A stretch of 64,000 nt of DNA from an uncultured Dehalococcoidia bacterium (GTDB lineage Bacteria > Chloroflexota > Dehalococcoidia > Lucifugimonadales > UBA1127), in NCBI GenBank assembly GCA_964612825.1, contig CAZTCW010000014.1, forward strand, positions 11,114-75,113. Reading direction: 5' to 3'. The notes under the pieces were generated by a model that saw nothing but the letters and a program-made list of their open reading frames with translations, made no database searches and was not told the DNA's origin. This document shows, piece by piece, positions 47,918 through 55,782 of this stretch; the stretch's first letter is position 1; every line of letters begins with the position of its first letter. The position numbers were made by a program, and so were the translations under genes.

Positions 47918-48379
47918 ATGAGTGAAAGTTCTTTCGTTGACTCGTCTGTTTTGGTCGATGAACGTCCATGGGTGTTAAGACATGGACGTTTGGTGATTGG
48001 ATTTATCTTACTGATAAGTGCCCTGACTTATTTTGCTTACTCGGCCTTCCAAGGATCTCAATTGTACTATCTAACGGTTGAAGAAGTGGTAAACGGGGGA
48101 GCGTCCGAACATCCGGGTCCAGTGCGTGTAAATGGGAAATTGGTACAGGGGAGTTTTCAAAGATTACCGGGACAGACTTTGGCAAATTTTAAATTGACAG
48201 ATTTGACCTACCACGAGGAATTGTACTTGGAATATGATGGGGTAGTCCCGGATTTGTTCTTCAACGAACACTCTCAAATTGTGGCTCAAGGGGAGTACGG
48301 CGAGGATGGATTGTTTAAGGCTGATTTACTTATTGTGAAATGCCCGTCAAAGTACGCAAGCGAACTCCCTACGACTTAA
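47918..48379 (+). CDS. ccmE: CcmE-like cytochrome c maturation heme chaperone, Cys (CxxxY) variant
   Basis: N-terminal TM anchor, then VRVNGKLVQGSF...YDGVVPDLFFNEHSQIVAQGE...LIVKCPSKY. This is collinear with E. coli LRVGGMV...[20 protein letters not shown]...VLAKHDENY. Cys codon TGC is at 48341-48343. TTG at 47900 is an alternative start. Confidence 0.8.
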   Translation: MSESSFVDSSVLVDERPWVLRHGRLVIGFILLISALTYFAYSAFQGSQLYYLTVEEVVNGGASEHPGPVRVNGKLVQGSFQRLPGQTLANFKLTDLTYHEELYLEYDGVVPDLFFNEHSQIVAQGEYGEDGLFKADLLIVKCPSKYASELPTT

Positions 48380-48444
48380 TGTTTTCGTAATTGTTCCGGG
48401 TCGATTTAATTTTCGAGTCGCCTAGCAAAAGTTCAGATTAGCTT

Positions 48445-48487
48445 AAAAAGGAATGCCCTACTTTCAATAGAGGGCATTCCTTTTTTT
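48445..48487. terminator. Bidirectional rho-independent terminator between ccmE and the oxidoreductase beta gene
   Basis: Perfect 10-bp GC-containing stem ggaatgccct (48450-48459) / agggcattcc (48471-48480) with an 11-nt loop. A5 lies on the left and T7 on the right, giving a U-tract on either strand. Confidence 0.8.
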
Positions 48488-48516
48488 GGTTTGTTCTCTT
48501 GTTTAGTAGCTAGGAA

Positions 48517-49383
48517 TTATAGGGAGAAAGTTTCGATAAGTTCACCAGCGGTCTTGGTTGGAGCCTTTTCTGCTGCTTTGCTTGCGCGCTGATCGAACGT
48601 TATCGAATTTTGGTCTTGGTAAAGAACTCCCAACGGGATTCCCCCTGATTCCAAAAGTTTAAATGCCGATTCACGGCTTGATCTATCATGTTCTTCTGGG
48701 ATATCCCAAGCGGTTGGAGCGATGCCCTTACTCGGATTTCCTTTGAGCTGATCATAAGTGTCGTTATATGTTGTGCAAGGCGATTGGACTTGAATGATGG
48801 CAAAACCAGGATGTTCCATTCCTTGAGTAATCATTTGGGACAATTCCCTTACCTTGGAAGAATAAGCTGATGCCACATAAGTGGCCCCTAAGGTTAAATA
48901 TAGTCCTAATGGATTTAATGCAGTTTCCACCTTGCCAAAGGGAGTCGTTGGAGTGACCTGGCCAGGTAGGGTTGTGGGTGAAGCTTGACCTTTTGTGAGT
49001 CCATAAACGCCGTTATCCATGATAACGACACAGACGTTCAGGTTTCGTTGGGCCTGTGGGGCTATGTGTTCCCCTCCAATGCTGAGGAAATCCCCATCAC
49101 CTGCAACTACCACTACATTTAATTCTGGACGTGACATTTTAATGCCCATTGCTACTGGGAGGGTTCTACCGTGAATTCCATGGATTCCAAATGGTTGAGG
49201 TCCGTCATAGAGATGGACCATATTTCCGGAGCAGCCAATTCCAGCTACGATCACACTTTTCTCAATGGGCTCTTCGTTTCGGACTACCCACTGTTGGATC
49301 GCCATCTCCAGACCTCTTTTTACACCGAAGTCACCACAGCCTGGGCACCATTTAAAGTCGTACTCTGGATTCTTTTTGCTCAT
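48517..49383 (-). CDS. 2-oxoacid:ferredoxin oxidoreductase beta subunit (TPP-binding)
   Basis: WCPGCGDFG near the N-terminus and a GDGDFLSIG TPP motif. Confidence 0.9.
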   Translation of the reverse strand: MSKKNPEYDFKWCPGCGDFGVKRGLEMAIQQWVVRNEEPIEKSVIVAGIGCSGNMVHLYDGPQPFGIHGIHGRTLPVAMGIKMSRPELNVVVVAGDGDFLSIGGEHIAPQAQRNLNVCVVIMDNGVYGLTKGQASPTTLPGQVTPTTPFGKVETALNPLGLYLTLGATYVASAYSSKVRELSQMITQGMEHPGFAIIQVQSPCTTYNDTYDQLKGNPSKGIAPTAWDIPEEHDRSSRESAFKLLESGGIPLGVLYQDQNSITFDQRASKAAEKAPTKTAGELIETFSL

Positions 49384-49397
49384 CTTATTCCACTCCT

Positions 49398-51128
49398 TTA
49401 ATCAGCGGCAGCTTTTTGCTTGGACCCAGATTGGTTTTCCGCTTGGATCCGATTTGTAATCCGTTCAATTAAATCCTTCACTTTGAAAGGAAGGCCAGTG
49501 TATTGTGTGATTGACTCTGCTCGTACATATTGGGAGCGAAGGACACTAGAGAGTTGTCCTAGGTAATTCAACTCTGGGATGATCACCAGGGATTTTTGCT
49601 GTAATTCCTCCAACAATTTTGGAGGCAATGGATGTAACTGTACCGTGTATCGCCAACCAATATCGAGCCCTAACGATCGAAGCTCCCTGTAGGCTTCTTG
49701 AGCGGGTCCTTTGGAACCTCCCCACGGCATAATTACTATCGAGGCATCGGGATTATCTGATTCGAAAGTCCCGTCCTCAAGTAATTTTAACTTTGAGAAT
49801 CGTCGTTCGGTCATTTCGATATGCCGATTTGGGAGATGGGTGGTGTCTCCCATTGGGTCATGCTCGCTCGCGTTAGCTACATATGCGCCTGGCCCACCGG
49901 GAAGAGGCATAGGAGAGACCTCAGACGCTTCGTAACGTTGGTATCCATTTGTTCCTTGGTATACCAGCCGGGTTTCCCCTTTTAGTTTACTTGCATCGGG
50001 CTTGGGAATATTTTGTTTTCTCTCGGCCAACATCATTTCCGACATTAAAATAACCGGGCCTTGGTATCGCTCAGCCCAGTTGATTGCATTTATTGCTGCA
50101 TAGAAACACTCTTCCACTGTCCCCGGTGCTAAAATCGGCATCCTCGAGTCACCATGAGCTGGGTTGAGACAGGTTAGAAGGTCTGATTGTTCGGTTTTGG
50201 TAGGCAATCCAGTTGCTGGCCCGCCTCTTTGGACATCCACGATAACCGCTGGAATCTCCATCATCCATCCAGCGCCAATTCCTTCGCTCATAAGGCATAT
50301 CCCCGGACCGGCGGTGGAAGTCATCGCCTTTTTCCCGGCGTATCCTGCACCTAGGAGTGAAGTAATTGATTCAATTTCGGAGCTTGCTTGATAGGCGAAC
50401 TTTCCTGGTCCCACCAAGTTCCGCTCCATGTAGACTAGGATGGTAGTTGCTGGAGATATTGGGTATCCGACGAAAACGTCAAGTCCTGCCGTAATTGCTC
50501 CTATGGCTATGGCTTCATTCCCGCTGAGCAATATTTGCTCTCCTTCAGGTTTGACAGGGTTTGCCAACTCTCCAAGGGCAAATCCACTTTCGGCAATTTT
50601 TTCTGCCCCTAGGTTTAAAGCTTCGATGTTCGAGCGAATAATTTCCTCGTCACCTGGTCGTCCTCTCGTGAATCGTTTTGTTACGAAGTCCTCGAGATAA
50701 CTCATTGGCATCTTAACTAAGTGGGCAAAGGCACCTATCACAATCATGTTCTCAGCGCGGGCGTTTCCCGTGGATTTCGCCAGTTCAGAGAATGCCAGCC
50801 CAATATTTCGGGCGCCGCCCTCTGGCTCGAAATCCTCCGAGTTGTAGATGACTACTCCGTCTTCACGCACTTGATCACTATGAAGTTCGTAGGCTTCCTT
50901 ATTAAAGCACACGAGGACGTCCAGAGCGTCGCCATTACTCATGATGGGCTCTGTGGATATTCGAACTTGGGCAAATGTGGGGCCTCCCATAATCTGAGAT
51001 GGGAAGGTCGTATAGGTGAGTACGTGGTACCCGCCTTGTGCCGCGCCTTGGGCGAGGGCCTCCGCGGATGTGACCATGCCCTGTCCGCCTTCACCGGCGA
51101 ATCGGATTACGAAATCGTGGGTTTCCAC
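49398..51128 (-). CDS. 2-oxoacid:ferredoxin oxidoreductase alpha subunit (fused gamma-alpha type)
   Basis: FAGEGGQGMVT start of the gamma-like domain, followed by the pyrimidine-binding domain (GYPISPAT, GGPATGLPTKTEQSD). GTG start 5 nt after GGAGG. Confidence 0.9.
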   Translation of the reverse strand: METHDFVIRFAGEGGQGMVTSAEALAQGAAQGGYHVLTYTTFPSQIMGGPTFAQVRISTEPIMSNGDALDVLVCFNKEAYELHSDQVREDGVVIYNSEDFEPEGGARNIGLAFSELAKSTGNARAENMIVIGAFAHLVKMPMSYLEDFVTKRFTRGRPGDEEIIRSNIEALNLGAEKIAESGFALGELANPVKPEGEQILLSGNEAIAIGAITAGLDVFVGYPISPATTILVYMERNLVGPGKFAYQASSEIESITSLLGAGYAGKKAMTSTAGPGICLMSEGIGAGWMMEIPAVIVDVQRGGPATGLPTKTEQSDLLTCLNPAHGDSRMPILAPGTVEECFYAAINAINWAERYQGPVILMSEMMLAERKQNIPKPDASKLKGETRLVYQGTNGYQRYEASEVSPMPLPGGPGAYVANASEHDPMGDTTHLPNRHIEMTERRFSKLKLLEDGTFESDNPDASIVIMPWGGSKGPAQEAYRELRSLGLDIGWRYTVQLHPLPPKLLEELQQKSLVIIPELNYLGQLSSVLRSQYVRAESITQYTGLPFKVKDLIERITNRIQAENQSGSKQKAAAD

Positions 51129-51228
51129 AATAACCTCCTGCGAGGACGATGGGATTCCCTAAATTGGAAGTTGTCCCCGGTTGATTAGTTAACAGCGTGC
51201 CGAGTTCCAATCTTGCTAGGTAGCGAAA

Positions 51229-51258
51229 ATCGTAGCATCATGTGTCTCGCTGTGTCAA
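51229..51258 (-). promoter_or_regulatory. Candidate promoter for the oxidoreductase operon
   Basis: On the minus strand: TTGACA (plus 51253-51258), 18-nt spacer, TACGAT (plus 51229-51234). It lies roughly 95 nt upstream of the GTG at 51128. Confidence 0.35.
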
Positions 51259-51526
51259 CAGTTTTTTTAGGAAGTTCACCCCGCTAAAGGATTTAGGTAA
51301 ACCGTTAATAATATAAAACTCATGATTTATTACATTGCGATACATCATAAAATAAACATAAAAACGTAATAAATACCGGATTTTATAACGATATAAGTAT
51401 TATCCATGAAATGGTAAATGTTTTTACGGGTCAGAATTTTGGCAATATTTGGACTTAATAAAACCCTAAATGAACGGTTCCGGGATAAAGCGCCCAAAAT
51501 ATGCTCCTAATTTCCATCAAACTTTG

Positions 51527-51555
51527 TTGTTTGTTTTCTCTAGGTTTTGTATAAT
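51527..51555 (+). promoter_or_regulatory. Candidate promoter for the TPR gene
   Basis: TTGTTT (51527-51532), 17-nt spacer, TATAAT (51550-51555). It lies about 140 nt upstream of the ATG at 51696. Confidence 0.25.
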
Positions 51556-51695
51556 TTAAATCGATAACCCGTTCATCACTTTTAGTGCTTGATTTAACCG
51601 CTATGGAAGAGTTGAGTAATAGATTCACTGGCGCCCGGATTCCTGCTTGGGGATAGGACTGGTAGCTGTAGTCGATTTCTTTAAGGGGGATTTTT

Positions 51696-52193
51696 ATGGG
51701 AGAAACGATTCAAGTTCTTGCCAGGAAATATATGGCTTGGAAATATTTCCGAGGCGGATATGCGGCTCAACGTCGGGGAAACCAAAGACAGGCCTTTATC
51801 CTCTACGAAAAATCTTTAGAATTCTTTCCTACTGGTCAAACATTTACGCTTCTCGGTTGGACTGCAAGTGTCCGGGGGGATTTGGATGCGTCGATAAGTT
51901 ATTGTAAGCAAGCTATCCAATTGGATCCAGATAATGGAGCTCCCTACAATGACATCGGTGCTTACATGATTGAAAAAGGGGAATTGGATGCAGCCATTCC
52001 GTGGCTGGTCAAAGCCATCAATGCTAAGCGCTATGACACCTATTGGTTTCCATGGTTGAATCTCGGGAGGATTCAAGAACGAAAAGGTAATTGGGTAGAA
52101 GCTCTGGAATGTTTCAAGTCTTCAATTCACTGCAATCCAACTTATGTTCCTGCCTTGAAAGCAATAAATCGAATTCGCGGACGTCTAAATTAA
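51696..52193 (+). CDS. Tetratricopeptide (TPR) repeat protein
   Basis: Repeated A..Y..AI.L.P....A pattern (AISYCKQAIQLDPDNGAPYNDIG, ALECFKSSIHCNPTYVPAL). AAGGGGGA RBS. Confidence 0.75.
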   Translation: MGETIQVLARKYMAWKYFRGGYAAQRRGNQRQAFILYEKSLEFFPTGQTFTLLGWTASVRGDLDASISYCKQAIQLDPDNGAPYNDIGAYMIEKGELDAAIPWLVKAINAKRYDTYWFPWLNLGRIQERKGNWVEALECFKSSIHCNPTYVPALKAINRIRGRLN

Positions 52194-52398
52194 TCAAATT
52201 CCTCGCTCCAATAGACTTCGAAATGTCCTGATATTCTTAAATTTACGTTTAGTCAGCCTCCCCAATTCCATTTAAAGTACTTTCTAGGGCTTTGCTAAAA
52301 CTCTTTTATGATTTTTTTGGTGATAATCCTTGCAGGTCTCTATTTTATAATATCAGTGGAAGGTATCTTATGGTCCGGAAGTGTATGAAAGGGGAAGT

Positions 52399-53616
52399 AT
52401 GAGCGGAACTTTAGATGGAATTACGATTTTGGATTTGACTTGGATATTGTCTGGCCCGTTTTGCACCATGATTTTAGCAGACCAGGGAGCTCGAGTGATT
52501 AAAATCGAGAGACCAGGAGTTGGCGATGGTGCGAGAGGGACCGGCCCATTTATTTCCTATGAAGCCAAAGGAGAATCGAAACAGGAGAGTGCATATTTTA
52601 CTAGTCTCAATCGTAATAAAGAGAGCGTTACTTTAAATTTAGTCCATCCTGAAGGCCGAAAAATTTTTCTCGATTTGGTAAAACATGCAGATGTAGTTGT
52701 TGAGAATTTCACCCCTGGGACCATGGAGAAGTTCGGATTAGATTTTCCTATTCTTCGTAATATTAACCCACGTCTCATTTACTGCTCTATCTCTGGGTTC
52801 GGACAGACAGGTCCTTTGGCGTATCGTCCGGCTTTAGATGTGATTGTCCAAGCAATGGGAGGAGTAATGAGTATCACTGGCGAACCAGGGAGACCGCCCG
52901 TTCGTGTCGGAGCTTCTGTCGGTGATATCGTAGCCGGTCTATTTGCAGCTACAGGGATTTCCTCCGCCCTATATGAACGGGAAAAAAGCGGAGTCGGGCA
53001 GATGTTAGACATTAGTATGCTAGATTGCCAAATTGCCATGCTTGAAAATGCGTTTACACGTTATTTTGCTATGAATGAAGTACCTGAACCATTAGGAACT
53101 AGGCACCCGGCAGCTACTCCCTTTCAAGCATTTGAAACCAGTGATGGATGGTTGGTGGTAGCAATCTTTGGGGGGAATATAACTCAGTGGCCATTATTCT
53201 GCTCACTCATAGGATACCCTGAATGGATTGACGATCCTCGATTTCAAACTTCTTGGGATAGGACCCTCCAAATAGAATATTTGGAACCAAGGATCAACGC
53301 TGCGATGAAAACAAGAACGACATCCGACTGGGAAAAGGACCTATTGGAACTGGGGATCCCTTGCGGGAAAGTAAACCGTATTGATGAAATTGTGGACCAT
53401 CCTCAAATAAAATTCCGGGAAACACTTTCTTTAGAATCCCATTCGCGTTTTGGTTCGTGGACTTATATTAACAGTCCCTTGCGGTTTTCCAGATCTGTGA
53501 TCCGTAAACCTGAAACTCCACCTGAGCTCGGTGAGCATACCCAGGGAAATTTGTTTGAATTTTTGTCGATTTCACCTGAGAGATACCATGAGTTAGGCGA
53601 AGGTGAAATCATTTAA
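52399..53616 (+). CDS. Family III CoA-transferase (CaiB/BaiF / formyl-CoA transferase-like)
   Basis: LDGITILDLTWILSGPFCTMILADQGARVIKIERP and GFGQTGP, with a catalytic-Asp region. AAAGGGGA RBS before the ATG at 52399. Confidence 0.9.
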   Translation: MSGTLDGITILDLTWILSGPFCTMILADQGARVIKIERPGVGDGARGTGPFISYEAKGESKQESAYFTSLNRNKESVTLNLVHPEGRKIFLDLVKHADVVVENFTPGTMEKFGLDFPILRNINPRLIYCSISGFGQTGPLAYRPALDVIVQAMGGVMSITGEPGRPPVRVGASVGDIVAGLFAATGISSALYEREKSGVGQMLDISMLDCQIAMLENAFTRYFAMNEVPEPLGTRHPAATPFQAFETSDGWLVVAIFGGNITQWPLFCSLIGYPEWIDDPRFQTSWDRTLQIEYLEPRINAAMKTRTTSDWEKDLLELGIPCGKVNRIDEIVDHPQIKFRETLSLESHSRFGSWTYINSPLRFSRSVIRKPETPPELGEHTQGNLFEFLSISPERYHELGEGEII

Positions 53617-53679
53617 ACTCAGAAATTATTCCTTTCTTTGCTGTGGTATTATGCCCCAAATCAATTCTCAGGAGGTCTG

Positions 53680-54204
53680 TTGCAAAACCAAAATTTTCAA
53701 TTAGGTGCTGCTACTTCGGTGACAGCCGCTTCGGAAGGTGAACCGGGTAACCGCTATTTTTACTTGTCTTTTGAAGCTGAAGGGGGAGGGGCAAGATTAT
53801 GGCTTGAAAAAGAACAGTTGTTTCAGCTGGCTCTAGCGGTTCAGAGATTACTCTCTTCAGTGTCCCGTGATGAACCGACTGAAAGTTCTACTTCAGAAAA
53901 AATCCAGGATGTGGACAAATTAGACTTAGAGTTTGTTATCGAAAAGTTAGTTCTCGGAAAGAAGGACGTTGGGAATTCTTTTTTTCTCAATGCGACCGAA
54001 TTACAACTAGATGAAGATGAATTTAACAGAATTAGAGGGAATTCAACTGTTGAAATTGAGCTCAGCAGAGTTCAATTAGAATTTTTATCCAATCAAGCCC
54101 TAGAAGTTTGTGCCGCGGGTCGTCCATTATGCCCTCTTTGTGGAGTACCGATTGGGATTGAGAAACATCGATGTTCTCGAACTAATGGTCATGTCAAAAT
54201 TTAA
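53680..54204 (+). CDS. DUF3090 domain-containing protein
   Basis: GEPGNRYFYLSF near the N-terminus and the C-terminal CPLCGVPIGIEKHRCSRTNGH zinc-ribbon-like tail typical of DUF3090. AGGAGG lies 4 nt before the TTG at 53680. The track ORF starts at TTG 53638. Confidence 0.7.
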   Translation: MQNQNFQLGAATSVTAASEGEPGNRYFYLSFEAEGGGARLWLEKEQLFQLALAVQRLLSSVSRDEPTESSTSEKIQDVDKLDLEFVIEKLVLGKKDVGNSFFLNATELQLDEDEFNRIRGNSTVEIELSRVQLEFLSNQALEVCAAGRPLCPLCGVPIGIEKHRCSRTNGHVKI

Positions 54205-54259
54205 CCAAAGCCAACTAGGTTCCCTAAATTGGGCCCTTTCTCGTTGTATTTTACCGAGC

Positions 54260-54288
54260 TTGACATATCCGAAAGGCAGAATTACTGT
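54260..54288 (+). promoter_or_regulatory. Candidate promoter for the small zinc-ribbon ORF
   Basis: TTGACA (54260-54265), 17-nt spacer, TACTGT (54283-54288). It lies about 30 nt upstream of the ATG at 54319. Confidence 0.3.
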
Positions 54289-54318
54289 CTATCCTGACTG
54301 AGGGGAGGTTAACTTTTA

Positions 54319-54462
54319 ATGCCTCAAGCTTATTGTTTCAAATGTCGCTCAAAACAGGAAGTATCCAATCCCGTTGAAATTATTCTTAAAAATAATCGAC
54401 CAGCGATTCGAGGAATCTGTCCAGGGTGTAAAACCAAAGTTTTCCGAATCGGGAAACTTTAA
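54319..54462 (+). CDS. 47-aa zinc-ribbon protein (DUF5679-like), absent from the ORF track
   Basis: My translation is MPQAYCFKCRSKQEVSNPVEIILKNNRPAIRGICPGCKTKVFRIGKL. It has CxxC...CxxC and the KN(G/N)RPA...G.CP.C.TK.FRIGK pattern I associate with DUF5679. AGGGGAGG lies 10 nt upstream. Confidence 0.65.
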   Translation: MPQAYCFKCRSKQEVSNPVEIILKNNRPAIRGICPGCKTKVFRIGKL

Positions 54463-54503
54463 CCAGTGGGATAATGAGTACTCTTCCTCAAAAAATGGGG
54501 GTG

Positions 54504-55163
54504 TTACCGTCCGATTCGACCCAAAAGCTTCTGCGGATTGTGATCTAAAACCCCAGGGATTTCTTGCCTAATTAATCCTGCCCCTTGCGCGATTTCTCTT
54601 GCAAGGGAATCGGTCAACAGGTCATCTGGGCCATGGGCATCGGAATTTACAACGAGTAAGGATCCTGCTTGTTTGGCAACCCTCACTACGTGTCCATTGG
54701 TAAGGGAATGGCCGTTCCGGGCAGAAATTTCCAGATAAATTCCCTTCTCCGCAGCAAGCCTGGCTTGTTCCGTGGTCAGAAATCCTGGATGAGCGAGTAC
54801 GTCTACATCGGGAGAGTTAAGAGCAGATTCGTTAGTTCCCTCTTCAACCGGTTCTTTGATTGTTTCACCGTGCACCAGTACGATTTGCGCTCCCAAGCTC
54901 TTGGCTTGTTTGGCAGCTTCCCCAATCATGTGTTGGGGGACATGAGTTAATTCGACTCCAGGGATCGCCACTATGTCGAGTTCCTTGGAAGCTATTTCAC
55001 AGGCTTTAACCAGAATTTCCAGAATTCTTTCTTGATCACCTAACCCAACGTGGTCTGTCACTGCAATTGCTTTGTATCCATTGACGATAGCTCTTCGAAT
55101 GAGTTCGCCGGGTGAGAGAACGCCGTCGCTCAAAAAAGTATGGGTGTGGAAATCGTATACCAT
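54504..55163 (-). CDS. PHP-domain metal-dependent phosphoesterase (histidinol-phosphatase-like)
   Basis: MVYDFHTHTFLSDG, AVTDH and NSDAHGP motifs of the PHP fold. Confidence 0.85.
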   Translation of the reverse strand: MVYDFHTHTFLSDGVLSPGELIRRAIVNGYKAIAVTDHVGLGDQERILEILVKACEIASKELDIVAIPGVELTHVPQHMIGEAAKQAKSLGAQIVLVHGETIKEPVEEGTNESALNSPDVDVLAHPGFLTTEQARLAAEKGIYLEISARNGHSLTNGHVVRVAKQAGSLLVVNSDAHGPDDLLTDSLAREIAQGAGLIRQEIPGVLDHNPQKLLGRIGR

Positions 55164-55317
55164 GGGGCCTCCTTGTATTCCCTGATTTCAGCATACTACT
55201 CTTGGCTAAGGGGAGCAACTTTGCCTTCATGTCCAGAAGCATTGTTCCAAGGTCTCTCAGTGTCTTATAGTATTGTAGAGGATCGAGGATCACTTAATTT
55301 GTTAGAGAGAGACTGCA

Positions 55318-55716
55318 ATGGAACAAAAAATTTTCTCTGTGGAAGAAGCAGTATTATTTATCCCTTGGTTACGGGAGCAACTAGGGATCATCTTAGAGTG
55401 TTTTAATGCAATTCAGAACCAGCAAGTTGATCCTGAAGCAATGCCGCCGGAGCTTCGGACAAATGGGTTTGGATCGAATGGCTTTCATAAAGCAGGCACT
55501 GAAATCGACATAGTGCAATTGGTGAATCAAATTGAAGAAACGGTTCGGCTGATCACTGGATATGGGATTCTCGTTCGAGATTTGAGGCAAGGATTGGTGG
55601 ATTTTCCGTCGGTACGACAAGGTGAAGAGATATATCTTTGTTGGATGCTCGAGGAAGAAAATCTTGCGTATTGGCACCCGAGGAATACGGGGGTTGCAGG
55701 AAGACAGCCTCTTTGA
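55318..55716 (+). CDS. DUF2203 domain-containing protein
   Basis: MEQKIFSVEEAVLFIPWLREQL N-terminus and GLVDFPSVRQGEEIYLCWMLEEENLAYWH C-terminal block. Confidence 0.75.
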   Translation: MEQKIFSVEEAVLFIPWLREQLGIILECFNAIQNQQVDPEAMPPELRTNGFGSNGFHKAGTEIDIVQLVNQIEETVRLITGYGILVRDLRQGLVDFPSVRQGEEIYLCWMLEEENLAYWHPRNTGVAGRQPL

Positions 55717-55726
55717 TCCGGGTTAG

Positions 55727-55765
55727 GACGGGGAAAATTGAAACATTGGTTTGGAGTTCCCCGTC
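55727..55765. terminator. Hairpin between convergent DUF2203 and fabI genes
   Basis: Perfect 9-bp GC-rich stem gacggggaa (55727-55735) / ttccccgtc (55757-55765). The 21-nt loop is long and there is no clear T-tract. Confidence 0.35.
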
Positions 55766-55782
55766 TATCTGAGTGTCCCTAT

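Noticed and set aside
51647-51907. 86-aa ORF overlapping the start of the TPR gene in another frame.
   Set aside because: The 51696 ORF has an AAGGGGGA RBS and clear TPR periodicity. The alternative is Cys/Gly/Ser-rich and featureless.
54374-54571. 65-aa plus-strand ORF from the track.
   Set aside because: It overlaps both the 47-aa zinc-ribbon ORF (different frame) and the 3' end of the PHP gene on the other strand. It has no RBS or motif. The 47-aa ORF explains the region better.
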